This document shows, in pieces, positions 42,901 through 51,441 of a stretch of DNA of 64,000 nucleotides. The notes beneath the pieces were generated by a model that ran no database searches, was not told the origin of the DNA, and saw only the letters and a program-made list of their open reading frames with translations. The stretch's first letter is position 1, and every line of letters starts with the position of its first letter. Made by a program: the position numbers and the translations under genes. The stretch comes from Rhodobacterales bacterium (GTDB taxonomy: Bacteria; Pseudomonadota; Alphaproteobacteria; Rhodobacterales; Rhodobacteraceae): the NCBI GenBank assembly GCA_017303485.1, contig JAFLCY010000004.1, forward strand, positions 6,392 through 70,391. The letters run 5' to 3'.

Positions 42901-43002
42901 TTGTTCGTGGTGCCGATGTTCTACAGCCTGATCGCGCGCAGCGACGCCGAGGAGAAGAAGCACCGCGAGGCCGTTGCCAGCACCTTCGGCGAGGCGCTGT
43001 AG
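39922..43002 (+). CDS. RND efflux permease (AcrB/MexW-like)
   Basis: FIRRPV, LPVRQYP, IGLVVDDAIVVVEN, GLITKHGIL, RLRPILMT. Confidence 0.95.
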   Translation: MHFSEIFIRRPVLSTVLAALILFLGLASVLNLPVRQYPEVSESVITITTIYPGASPDLIQGFVTSPIAAAVSTTENVEYITSQSRQSASVVTVQMQLGADPDVALTEVMSKVQQVSGQLPQDTEDPVIVKGTGQTFALMYLAVQNPNMSPEELNEYLERVVRPRVTNIQGVAQMDILGAQKFAMRVWLDPLKLSSRGVTAPEVLAAIRSSNFLSAPGKTENEYFTYSLTLDSTIQTPESFGALPLVQGENGVVRLRDVARIELASGTTDAIVTFAGEPGTFIGIIPAPGENQLDVATNVNEALPSLISTLPQGMTISLVYDSTETISASISEVFATIAEAVVIVMIVILLFLGSFRSVVMPIVTIPLSLIGVCAIMLALGYSINLLTLLAMVLAIGLVVDDAIVVVENIHRHIDDGMRPAQAAIVGMKEITGPVIAMTITLAAVLTPLAFTGGLTGALFTEFALTLAGSVIISGLVALTITPAMSARILHSGEPGRFQRIVDRTLNGLSNWYERRVSSSLDYRPVTLLMVAVLLGVTGFMFVNTSSELAPEEDSGALFAIMNGPRYATLSYTDAFTQEVARRTAGIEETRTSFSVAGMGGAANTGFYIWALKDWAERERSQKEIQQEIQGILDGTPGLQSFVFAPPSLPGAGGGLPIAMVIQSIHNPERVVEIADEIRAKAMQSGMFIVVQNSLSFDAPQVRVTIDRDRAALLGVSVSDIGSTLGLLVGGGAVAQFDRDSNSYDIITQVPQDWRDNPERLGEFFVRARSGAMIPLSSIVSITPTAAAASIEQFNQLNSASLTAMPMIGLSTGVALAELERIADEVLPDGFFIDYSGQSRLEKSEGNTIILAFGAALVVIYLVLAAQFESFRDPFIILMSVPLSIFGAMLPLYFGLSTLNIYTQVGLITLIGLITKHGILMVEFANQQRETRHASRREAIVAAAKTRLRPILMTTAAMALAVVPLIIAEGAGAAARQAMGLVIFTGLLIGTMFTLFVVPMFYSLIARSDAEEKKHREAVASTFGEAL

Positions 43003-43099
43003 CCCGCGAACCGGGCCGACAAGACCTCTGGCGCTGAATCCGTCGGTCGTTTCGGATCGACGGGTTTGGCGCCGCGCCGTTTTGTCGTCCGGCTACCTC

Positions 43100-44089
43100 T
43101 CAGCCGTTCACATCCACCACGACCCGTCCCTGCACGCCGCCCTTCAGGATCGCCGCCCCCAGCTCGGGCAGGTCCCGCAGAACCGCCGGCCTGACCATCG
43201 CCTCCAGCTTCTCCATCGGCAGGTCACGGGCAACCCGCCCCCAGGCGGTCACGCGTCGCCCGAAGGGAACCGTCACCGAGTCGATCCCCAGCAGGTTCAC
43301 CCCCCTCAGCAGGAACGGGATCACCGAGGCCGGCAGCGCCGCCCCTCCCGCAAGCCCAACCGCCGCGGCCGAGGCCCCGTGCTTCAATTGCCCCAGCACC
43401 CGCGCCAGCATCGCACCCCCGACGGCATCCACGCAGCCCGCCCAGGTTTCGGCTTCCAGCGGCCGCTTCACCGTTTCTGCCAGTTCCGCGCGCGCCACGA
43501 TCCGCGCGGCACCAAGGTCGCGCAAATACCCCTCCGTCTCCGCCCGCCCCGTCACCGCCGCGACCTGATACCCAAGCTTCGCCAAGATCGCGACCGCGAC
43601 CGACCCCACGCCACCCGACGCCCCAGTGACCAGCACCTCGCCCTTCTCTGGGGTCAGCCCATGCTCCTCCAGAGCCATCACCGCCAGCATCGCCGTGAAC
43701 CCTGCCGTGCCCACCGCCATCGCCTGCCGGGTGGTCAGCCCCGCAGGCAGCGGCACCAGCCAGTCCGCCCTGACCCGCGCCTTCTGGGCATAGCCGCCCC
43801 AGTGGGTCTCTCCCACCCGCCAGCCGGTCAGCACGACCTTGTCGCCGGGCTTGTAGCGGGCGTCGTCAGACGCCTCGACCGTCCCGGCAAAGTCGATCCC
43901 CGCCACATGCGGCCAGGCCCGCACGATCCCCCCGCCGTTCGCAGACAAGGCGAGCCCATCCTTGTAGTTCAGTGTCGAATATTCGACCGCCACCGTCACC
44001 TCGCCCGGAGGCAGCGCGCTGTCATCCAGCTCCCGCAGATGAGCCACGGCGGCATCGCCATCCTTCTCCAGAACCAGTGCGCGGAACAT
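43100..44089 (-). CDS. acuI: Acryloyl-CoA reductase (YhdH/AcuI)
   Basis: YSTLNYKDGLA, GIDFAGTV, GTAGFTAML, GASGGVGS, PFLLRGVNLLGIDS. Confidence 0.88.
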   Translation of the reverse strand: MFRALVLEKDGDAAVAHLRELDDSALPPGEVTVAVEYSTLNYKDGLALSANGGGIVRAWPHVAGIDFAGTVEASDDARYKPGDKVVLTGWRVGETHWGGYAQKARVRADWLVPLPAGLTTRQAMAVGTAGFTAMLAVMALEEHGLTPEKGEVLVTGASGGVGSVAVAILAKLGYQVAAVTGRAETEGYLRDLGAARIVARAELAETVKRPLEAETWAGCVDAVGGAMLARVLGQLKHGASAAAVGLAGGAALPASVIPFLLRGVNLLGIDSVTVPFGRRVTAWGRVARDLPMEKLEAMVRPAVLRDLPELGAAILKGGVQGRVVVDVNG

Positions 44090-44186
44090 CTCGGCCTCCC
44101 ATGCTGATCGGCCCAAGTCGGCCCGGTTGACGCCGGATTGTCAACCCGGGCAGCCTGCCGCACTCTGCTGCCAAAGGGAGACCGCA

Positions 44187-45071
44187 ATGACCCAGGAACA
44201 GATCGGTTTCATCGGCCTTGGCCTGATGGGCCACGGCATGGCGAAGAACATCGTCGAGAAGGGCTACCCCCTGACCGTCACCGCCCACCGAAACCGCGCG
44301 CCGGTGGAGGACCTGATCGGCAGGGGTGCAGTCGAGGCGGACCTTGACGGCCTCGCCACGACATCAACCGTGGTATTCCTCACGCTTCCCAGCTCTCCCC
44401 AGGTTTCCGAGGCCGTCGCAAGGATGGCCCCGCATCTGAGGTCCGGCAGCGTGGTGGTCGACTGCTCCACCTCCGACCCCACCGTCACCGAACGCCTTGC
44501 CGCCGACCTTGGCCAGCGAGGCATCCACTTCGCCGACGCCCCCCTCTCCCGCACGCCGAAAGAGGCCTGGGAGGGCACGCTTGATTGCATGGTCGGGGCG
44601 GAGCCGGAAGTCTTCGCCCGCATTCAACCGATCATCGCCACCTGGGCCGGGAAGATCGTCCACATTGGCCGGGTCGGCGACGGGCACCGGATGAAGCTTC
44701 TGAACAACTTCCTCTCCTTGGGCTACGCCGCGATCTATGCCGAGGCTCTGGCCGTGGCCACCAAGGTCGGCATCTCCACTGCGACATTCGACAGCGTGAT
44801 CCGTGGCGGCCGCATGGACTGCGGCTTCTACCAGACCTTCATGGGCTACGCGCTGGAGGGCAACCGCGAGGCCCACCGCTTTACCCTGACGAACGCACTG
44901 AAGGACCTGCGCTATCTGGAGAGCATGGCCAACGCCGCCACCGTCACCACCACGATGGCGAGCGCGGCGAAGAACAGCTTTGCTGGGGCCGTAGCGCAGG
45001 GAGGAGCGGGGCCGGAGGACTATGTGCCGCACCTGACGGATTTTGTCGCAAGGGCAAACGGGGTGAAGTAG
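44187..45071 (+). CDS. NAD(P)-dependent beta-hydroxyacid dehydrogenase family
   Basis: GFIGLGLMG.GMA, DCSTS, DAPLS, KLLNN. Confidence 0.88.
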   Translation: MTQEQIGFIGLGLMGHGMAKNIVEKGYPLTVTAHRNRAPVEDLIGRGAVEADLDGLATTSTVVFLTLPSSPQVSEAVARMAPHLRSGSVVVDCSTSDPTVTERLAADLGQRGIHFADAPLSRTPKEAWEGTLDCMVGAEPEVFARIQPIIATWAGKIVHIGRVGDGHRMKLLNNFLSLGYAAIYAEALAVATKVGISTATFDSVIRGGRMDCGFYQTFMGYALEGNREAHRFTLTNALKDLRYLESMANAATVTTTMASAAKNSFAGAVAQGGAGPEDYVPHLTDFVARANGVK

Positions 45072-45074
45072 CGT

Positions 45075-45392
45075 TTAGGCGGCGCGTTCGTCGGTCCAGT
45101 CGATTGGCTTCACCGGCGCGCCGCCCTTCCGCTCGGCGTGCCAGAGGTCATGCTGCATCTGAAGCGCAAGCCAGAACCGCCCGCCATTCTTGAATGCCTT
45201 GCCCAGCCGGACTGCCATGTCCGTCGAAAGTGGACGCTTGCCGTTCAGGATGTTGGAAACGGTTTGCTTGGAAACACCAAGATGGTCCGCAAGTTGCGTC
45301 GCGTTCATGTCCAGCGCGGGAAGTATATCTTCCTTGATGTATTCCCCGGGGTGCGGAGGTTCGAAAGCCAACTCGCCCGCCTTACTTTCCAT
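45075..45392 (-). CDS. higA: HigA family antitoxin
   Basis: PPHPGEYI, Xre-type HTH, FWLALQ..DLW. Confidence 0.9.
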   Translation of the reverse strand: MESKAGELAFEPPHPGEYIKEDILPALDMNATQLADHLGVSKQTVSNILNGKRPLSTDMAVRLGKAFKNGGRFWLALQMQHDLWHAERKGGAPVKPIDWTDERAA

Positions 45393-45672
45393 GATAGTCC
45401 TCTAACGCGACGTCATAGGGACCGTGTTCATCCCACCCGAACGTCACTCTCCAGTTTTTTGAGACCAGGACGGAAAACGTTCCCTCTCGATCTCCCCTCA
45501 GTTTGTGCCAACCGTACCCGGGAAGATTCAGCTCCTCCGGCGAGACGGCTACGTTCAAGGCACCAAGGATGCGCTTCACCTTTGGAATCCAGTCCGGCCG
45601 AATCCCCGATGCATCGCCCTTTTCGAAAAGGCGCTTCAGGTCTCGGCTGCGAATTCTATCAGGGTCCAGCAT
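45382..45672 (-). CDS. higB: HigB (RelE-like plasmid-killer family) toxin
   Basis: LKRLFEKGD, HKLRGDR.G.FS..VSKNWRVTF, DYH. Toxin-first gene order. Confidence 0.9.
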   Translation of the reverse strand: MLDPDRIRSRDLKRLFEKGDASGIRPDWIPKVKRILGALNVAVSPEELNLPGYGWHKLRGDREGTFSVLVSKNWRVTFGWDEHGPYDVALEDYHGK

Positions 45673-45773
45673 CCAGCCACATGACAGTCAAACTGCGCGC
45701 CAGTCAACGGTCACGTGACGCGTTACAAGTAGCAAATCATGCAGACTCTGTCACGCGAATTGTTAAGTTTTGC

Positions 45774-48044
45774 CTACCCACACTTCGAATGCCCGCAGGA
45801 CCCGCAGGTCAAACACCCCTCCACCATCCGCAGATCATACGACCCGCAGGACGGACAGGCCTTCCCGCGCGGAGCCTCCCCAACCCGCAGCACCTCGGCC
45901 TTGGGGTCGGACTTCAGGCCCAGACCCTCGCCCTCGATGAAGCCGATGTCGATCAGGTGGCGCTCGATCACCCCGCCGATGGCGGCGAGGATCGAAGGGA
46001 TGTACTTGCTCTCCATCCAGGCCCCGCCGCGGGGGTCGAAGACGGCTTTCAGCTCCTCCACGACGAAGGAGATATCGCCACCACGCCGGAACACCGCCGA
46101 GATCATCCGGGTCAGCGCCACGGTCCAGGCGAAATGCTCCATGTTCTTCGAGTTGATGAACACCTCGAAGGGCCGCCGGTGCCCCGCCGTCACGATGTCG
46201 TTGATGGTGATGTAGAGGGCATGTTCCGACCCCGGCCATTTCACCTTGTAGGTCTGGCCTTCCAGCGCGGCGGGGCGGTCCAGCGGTTCGGAGAGATAGA
46301 CCACCTCGCCCCCCGTCACCGGCTGGGCTGCAACCGGCGCGGCTTCCTTCTCGCTGACGGTCAGGACGGAGCCCGTCACGTCGTTCGGCCGGTAGGTGGT
46401 GCAGCCCTTGCAGCCCTGATCCCAGGCGGCCATGTAGACCTCCTTGAAGTCGTCAAAGCTGATGTCCGGCGGGCAGTTGATGGTCTTGGAAATCGACGAA
46501 TCCACCCACTTCTGCGCCGCCGCCTGCATCCGGACGTGGTCCAGCGGCGGCAGGGTCTGGGCGTTCACGAAATGCTCCGGCAGGGGTGCGTCGCCATGCT
46601 TCTCGCGCCAGAGGCGGACGGCGTAGTCGACGACCTCCTCCTCGGTGCGCGAGCCGTCCTTCTGCAGGACCTTGCGGGTATAGGCATAGGCGAAGACCGG
46701 CTCGATCCCCGAACTGACGTTCCCGGCGTAAAGCGAGATCGTCCCGGTCGGCGCGACCGAGGTGAGAAGGGCGTTGCGGATGCCGTGCTTCGCAATCGCG
46801 TCGCGCACATCCTTGTCCATCTGCGCCATGCTGCCCGAGGCAAGGTAGCCCTTCGCATCGAACAGCGGAAATGCGCCCTTCTCCTGCGCCAGATCGACGG
46901 ACGCCAGATAGGCCGCCCGCGCGATGGCGTGCATCCAGATTTCGGTGACCTTGGCGGCTTCCTCGGACCCATAGCGCAGGCCGACCATCAGCAGGGCATC
47001 GGCCAGCCCGGTGACCCCAAGGCCGATCCGCCGTTTGGCCTGAGCCTCCGCCGCCTGTTCGGGCAGCGGGAAACGCGAGGCGTCGACCACATTGTCCATC
47101 GCCCGGACGGCCACCCGCACCAGATGGTCCAGCGCCTTCATGTCCATCTTGGCATGGGTTTCGAAAGCGTCCTTCACCAGCGTCGGCAAGTTGATCGAGC
47201 CGAGGAGACAGGCGCCATAGGGCGGCAGGGGCTGCTCGCCGCAGGGGTTGGTCGCGGCGATGGTCTCGACATAGCCGAGGTTGTTCATTGCGTTGATCCG
47301 GTCGATGAAGATCACCCCCGGCTCGGCATAGTCGAAGGTCGACCGCATGATCCGGTTCCACAGATCGCGCGCCTGGACGGTCTTGTAGACGCGGCCAGCG
47401 AAGACCAGATCCCACGGTCCATCGGCCTTGACCGCCGCCATGAAGGCATCGGTCACCAGCACCGACAGGTTGAACATGCGCAGGCGGGCCGGGTCCTGCT
47501 TGGCGACGATGAAGGCCTCGATGTCCGGATGGTCGCAGCGCATCGTCGCCATCATCGCGCCGCGGCGGCTGCCCGCCGACATGATCGTCCGGCACATCGC
47601 GTCCCACACATCCATGAAGCTCAGGGGCCCCGAGGCATCGGCAGCCACGCCCTTCACCTCGGCCCCGCGCGGCCGGATGGTGGAGAAGTCGTAACCGATG
47701 CCGCCGCCCTGCTGCATGGTCAGCGCGGCTTCCTTCAGGCTGTCGAAGATGCCGACCATCGTGTCCGGGATCGTGCCCATGACGAAGCAGTTGAACAGCG
47801 TGACCGCCCGCCCCGTGCCTGCGCCCGCCGTGATCCGCCCGGCGGGCAGGAACCTGAACCCATCAAGCGCGGCATAGAACTCCGCCTCCCACTTCGCAGG
47901 ATCCTTCTCCACCTCGGCCAAGGCCCGGGCGATCCGCCGCCAGCTATCCTCCACCGTCCCGTCAATGGGCGTCCCGTCCGCCTCCTTGAAGCGGTACTTC
48001 ATGTCCCAGATCTGCTCGGCGATAGGGGTGTCGAAACGCGACAT
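45774..48044 (-). CDS. nrdJ: Adenosylcobalamin-dependent class II ribonucleotide reductase
   Basis: TLFNCF, TNPCGEQ, APTGTIS, SISKTIN, KGCTTYR, C-terminal CPSC..CLTCGSC zinc ribbon. Confidence 0.95.
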   Translation of the reverse strand: MSRFDTPIAEQIWDMKYRFKEADGTPIDGTVEDSWRRIARALAEVEKDPAKWEAEFYAALDGFRFLPAGRITAGAGTGRAVTLFNCFVMGTIPDTMVGIFDSLKEAALTMQQGGGIGYDFSTIRPRGAEVKGVAADASGPLSFMDVWDAMCRTIMSAGSRRGAMMATMRCDHPDIEAFIVAKQDPARLRMFNLSVLVTDAFMAAVKADGPWDLVFAGRVYKTVQARDLWNRIMRSTFDYAEPGVIFIDRINAMNNLGYVETIAATNPCGEQPLPPYGACLLGSINLPTLVKDAFETHAKMDMKALDHLVRVAVRAMDNVVDASRFPLPEQAAEAQAKRRIGLGVTGLADALLMVGLRYGSEEAAKVTEIWMHAIARAAYLASVDLAQEKGAFPLFDAKGYLASGSMAQMDKDVRDAIAKHGIRNALLTSVAPTGTISLYAGNVSSGIEPVFAYAYTRKVLQKDGSRTEEEVVDYAVRLWREKHGDAPLPEHFVNAQTLPPLDHVRMQAAAQKWVDSSISKTINCPPDISFDDFKEVYMAAWDQGCKGCTTYRPNDVTGSVLTVSEKEAAPVAAQPVTGGEVVYLSEPLDRPAALEGQTYKVKWPGSEHALYITINDIVTAGHRRPFEVFINSKNMEHFAWTVALTRMISAVFRRGGDISFVVEELKAVFDPRGGAWMESKYIPSILAAIGGVIERHLIDIGFIEGEGLGLKSDPKAEVLRVGEAPRGKACPSCGSYDLRMVEGCLTCGSCGHSKCG

Positions 48045-48056
48045 CAGGGCGAATCT

Positions 48057-48102
48057 CTCTGTCTCTTGTGGATAAGCTCGGCGAAGGGCCCAAGATACGC
48101 CC
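48057..48102. promoter_or_regulatory. DnaA box plus two degenerate NrdR-like boxes upstream of nrdJ
   Basis: TGTGGATAA (= TTATCCACA) at 48067-48075. CTCTGTCTCTTGTG (48057) and CCCAAGATACGCCC (48089) are 32 bp apart. Confidence 0.5.
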
Positions 48103-48156
48103 CTCACCCCCTCGGGTCAACTTGCAGCCCCTGCAGAGCGGCCTATGATTGGACGC

Positions 48157-48579
48157 ATGATCAACCTGCTGAAACTCTGCGTCGGCGCCGACTCGGTCGA
48201 GGACCTCCTGGATTGGCAGACCAGCCAGCGCCCGCATTGGCCCGAGGGCCGGTCGATCCACGTCACCCGCATGTGGCCGAAACGCGAGGCCGAGGTGCTG
48301 GACGGCGGCTCACTCTACTGGGTGATCAAGGGTGTCGTCCTCTGCCGCCAACGCATCCTCGACCTGCAGGAAGTCAACCTCGGCGACGGCATCCCGCGTT
48401 GTGCCCTTGTGATGGACCGCGAGGTGATCCGGACCGAAGCCGCCCCCCGCCGCCCCTTCCAGGGCTGGCGTTACCTCGATCCCAAGGACAGCCCGCGCGA
48501 TCTGCCACGGGGCCGCGCGACGGATGACACGCTGCCGCCCGATCTGGCGCAGGCGCTGGCGGAACTGGGCCTGCACTGA
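48157..48579 (+). CDS. DUF1489 family protein
   Basis: LLKLCVG, TRMWPKR..E.L.GGSLYWVIKG, RPFQGWRYL. Confidence 0.88.
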   Translation: MINLLKLCVGADSVEDLLDWQTSQRPHWPEGRSIHVTRMWPKREAEVLDGGSLYWVIKGVVLCRQRILDLQEVNLGDGIPRCALVMDREVIRTEAAPRRPFQGWRYLDPKDSPRDLPRGRATDDTLPPDLAQALAELGLH

Positions 48580-48608
48580 GCGATCTCAAAAATTCGACTA
48601 AAGTTCTC

Positions 48609-48666
48609 CTTGCTCTTTTTGCAAATACTCCACGGGGAGCGCGAGGGGTGTGAAACCCCTCGCTCC
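48609..48666. repeat. Palindromic repeat family C copy
   Basis: CTTGCTCTTTTTGCAAATACTC plus hairpin GCGAGGGG-TGTGAAA-CCCCTCGC. Related to 58734-58818. Confidence 0.75.
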
Positions 48667-48725
48667 AACGCTTGGACACGAAGCACCCTCTGGCCTCGAC
48701 GCTGGAAACCGGCGATGAACGGATC

Positions 48726-49583
48726 ATGTCCCGCCCGCTTCTCCTCGCCGCGCCGATCATCTTCCTGCTCCTGTGGTCCGCAGGTTTTGCCATCGCCAAG
48801 ATCGGCCTTCAGCACGCCGGGCCCTTCACGCTGCTCGCACTCCGCTACGCCATCGCTGTGCTGGTCCTGCTGCCCCTGATTCCGATCCTGAAACCCCGGT
48901 TTCCGCGGGGTCGCGCCGTCGTCGATATCGCCATCACCGGCTTCCTGATCCAGGTCGCCTATTTCGGCCTCTGCTACATCGCCTTCAAACTGGGTGTGTC
49001 GGCAGGAGGCGTCGCGATCATCGTCTGCCTGCAGCCGATCCTCGTCAGCCTGATCGCCCCCCGGATGGTCGGAGAGACCGTCAGCCGTGCCCGTTGGTTC
49101 GGACTTGCCCTTGGCCTCGGCGGGGCCGTCACGGTGATCCTTGCCCGCTCCGGCATCGCGCATGAGCCACCGCTCGGCCTGCTTGCCGCTGCCGGGGGCC
49201 TGATCGGCATAACCGCCGCCACGCTGTACGAAAAGCGCTATGGCGTCACCACGCACCCGGTTCCGGCGAACCTGATCCAGTACGCCGTCGGCGCTGGCTT
49301 CACCCTGCCGCTGGCCTGGGTGACAGAGGGGATGCAGGCCGACTGGACGCCGGAGCTTTGGGCAACCCTCGCCTATCTGGTGATCGGCAATTCGCTGATC
49401 TCGATCACCCTCCTTCTCGCGATGATCCGCGCTGGAGAGGTCGCCCGTGTCTCGGCGCTGTTCTACCTCGTCCCGCCGCTGTCCGCGCTGTTCGCCTGGC
49501 CCCTCTTGGGCGAGGCGATGCCGCCCCTAGCCTGGGCCGGGATGGCATTGGCGGGGATCGGGGTCATGCTGGCCCGCAGGTAG
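48726..49583 (+). CDS. DMT/EamA family transporter
   Basis: LWSAGF..AK, LQPIL, SALFYLVPP; about 10 TM helices. Confidence 0.88.
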   Translation: MSRPLLLAAPIIFLLLWSAGFAIAKIGLQHAGPFTLLALRYAIAVLVLLPLIPILKPRFPRGRAVVDIAITGFLIQVAYFGLCYIAFKLGVSAGGVAIIVCLQPILVSLIAPRMVGETVSRARWFGLALGLGGAVTVILARSGIAHEPPLGLLAAAGGLIGITAATLYEKRYGVTTHPVPANLIQYAVGAGFTLPLAWVTEGMQADWTPELWATLAYLVIGNSLISITLLLAMIRAGEVARVSALFYLVPPLSALFAWPLLGEAMPPLAWAGMALAGIGVMLARR

Positions 49584-49646
49584 CTCCTCGTTCGACTTTG
49601 TCTCATCGTCGCAAGCCCGCGAGGAGTGACGAAGTCACCGACGAGC
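49583..49646. repeat. REP-like palindromic element, family A, copy 2
   Basis: GCTCCTCGTTCGACTTTGTC...GCGAGGAGTGACGAAGTC...CGACGAGC aligns with 4773-4832. Between convergent genes. Confidence 0.75.
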
Positions 49647-49651
49647 AGGGG

Positions 49652-50350
49652 TCAGAAAGGCCGCGCGGCCACCCCTAGCTTTTCCGCCAGCGCCACATAG
49701 GTCGCATGATCGGCTGCTGACCACTCCGCCACCCGACTGGCCCAGAGGACCGCTTCGCTGGAGTGGATCAGGCTGTCCGACAGGATGCGAAGGTGGTTGG
49801 CGCGCAGCGTCTCGCCCGACGAGGTGATGTCGGCAATCGCCTCTGCGGTTCCGTTCTTCACCGTGCCCTCGGTCGCGCCCTGGCTGTCGACAAGCTGGTA
49901 ATCCGCAACCCCCTGCGCTTGCAGGAAATCCCGCACCAGCCGGTGATATTTGGTCGCGATCCTCAAGCGGTGGCCATGCGCCTTGCGGAAGCCCGCCGCC
50001 GCCGCGTCCAGGTCATCGACCGTTTCCACGTCGATCCAGACATTCGGCACCGCGATGATCAGGTCGGCCCGGCCAAAGCCCAGCTTCGCCAGCTCGGCCA
50101 CCTCGTCCGCCCCCAACTGCTCGCGCACGAGGTCGCTGCCAGTCACACCCAGATGAATGCGCCCCGCCGCCAGTTCGCGCGGGATTTCCCCGGCCGAGAG
50201 CAGCACCGGCACCACGCCTTCGACGCCTTCGATCACCCCGGAATATTCCCGGTCCGCACCCGAGCGCCGCATGGTGACACCGCGCGCGCCGAACCAGTCG
50301 AAGCAGTCCTGCATCAGCCGCCCCTTGGACGGTACGCCGATCCGGATCAT
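49652..50350 (-). CDS. hisG: ATP phosphoribosyltransferase (short form)
   Basis: IGVPSKGRL, GVTGSD, RIATKY, GATEG, DITSSGETLRAN. Confidence 0.95.
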   Translation of the reverse strand: MIRIGVPSKGRLMQDCFDWFGARGVTMRRSGADREYSGVIEGVEGVVPVLLSAGEIPRELAAGRIHLGVTGSDLVREQLGADEVAELAKLGFGRADLIIAVPNVWIDVETVDDLDAAAAGFRKAHGHRLRIATKYHRLVRDFLQAQGVADYQLVDSQGATEGTVKNGTAEAIADITSSGETLRANHLRILSDSLIHSSEAVLWASRVAEWSAADHATYVALAEKLGVAARPF

Positions 50351-51441
50351 GTGAGCCCCCGCAGCCGCGCAACCAGCCCGGGCCGGATCACCCCGCCGAC
50401 CGCCGGGATGAAGGCCCCGGCCCCCAGCACCGCCGTCAGGGCATCATACCGTCCGCCCGAGGCGACCGGGGGCAGCCCCTCCTTCAGGAAGCTGAAGACG
50501 AAGCCGTCATAGTATTCCAGCGCCGTCCGTCCGTGGCTCGCCTCGAAGGCCAGTGTCGCCACGTCCACGCCCCGCGCCGCCAGCGCCTCAAGTCGTGCCG
50601 CGAAACGGTCGACCGCCGGGCCGATGGCTGGAAGCATCGGGGTGATCCCGCGCAGGTGGTTCAACGCATGCGCCGCCGGGGCCTCAAGGCTGAGGAGGTC
50701 GTAGAGCAGCGCCGCCTCGGTCGCCTTGATCGGTGGCGTCCCGGCATCGGCAACCAGAGCCTCGGCCCGCGCTGCGATTTCCTCGGGGCCGCGCAACCCG
50801 ACGAAGCTTCCCGCTTCCGCGATCAGCTGCGCGGGTGTCCCCGCCTTGAGCCGCTCCAGCAAGGCAAGCCGACCCTCCGGAACCGGGGCACGCCCGGCGA
50901 ACCGATCCAGCAGTGCCTTGAACCGCACCGGGCGCCAGACGTGACGCAAGAGCGCCGCCTTCCGCCGCTCCGTCGTCTCCAGCCCGCGGACGGCGGCCAT
51001 CAGGATGCCGATATCGCCCGTCACGGGCCGCAGGTTCAATCCGGCCAGCAGATCACGGAACAGTGCGAAAACCTCGGCATCCGCCGCTTCCGGCGCGGTG
51101 CGATCAAATATCTCGTAGCCGACTTGCAGGTATTCGCTGGCCCGGCCGGACCCCCGCGCCTGTTTGCGGAACACTTCGCCCAGATAGGCATAGCGGGCCG
51201 GGTCCGCCCCATGCGCCATATGCGCCTGCACCACCGGCACGGTGAAGTCCGGCCGCAACATCATCTCGCCGCGCAACGGGTCGTCGGTCACATAGGCCCG
51301 CGCCCGGATATCCTCGCCGTAGAGATCCAGAAGGGTTCCGGCAGGTTGCAGGATATCGGCCTCGACCGGCACTGCGCCCGCCTGCAGGAAGCCCGCCAAC
51401 AGGCGCTCGCCCTCAGCCCGGATCGCAGCCTTGGGGGTCAT
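50347..51441 (-). CDS. hisZ: ATP phosphoribosyltransferase regulatory subunit
   Basis: [29 protein letters not shown]. Lies between hisS and hisG. Confidence 0.93.
   Translation of the reverse strand: MTPKAAIRAEGERLLAGFLQAGAVPVEADILQPAGTLLDLYGEDIRARAYVTDDPLRGEMMLRPDFTVPVVQAHMAHGADPARYAYLGEVFRKQARGSGRASEYLQVGYEIFDRTAPEAADAEVFALFRDLLAGLNLRPVTGDIGILMAAVRGLETTERRKAALLRHVWRPVRFKALLDRFAGRAPVPEGRLALLERLKAGTPAQLIAEAGSFVGLRGPEEIAARAEALVADAGTPPIKATEAALLYDLLSLEAPAAHALNHLRGITPMLPAIGPAVDRFAARLEALAARGVDVATLAFEASHGRTALEYYDGFVFSFLKEGLPPVASGGRYDALTAVLGAGAFIPAVGGVIRPGLVARLRGLT

Noticed and set aside
39835-42963. 1042-aa minus-strand ORF, and similar long antisense ORFs over xdhB, dnaE and ffh
   Set aside because: Shadow frames of well-supported genes on the other strand.
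38818-43002. RND pump without outer-membrane factor or regulator as a novel system
   Set aside because: Two-gene RND loci that use a distal TolC are common.
45138-48527. 1129-aa plus-strand ORF
   Set aside because: Antisense shadow of nrdJ/higBA, expected from high-GC codon bias; no recognisable motifs.
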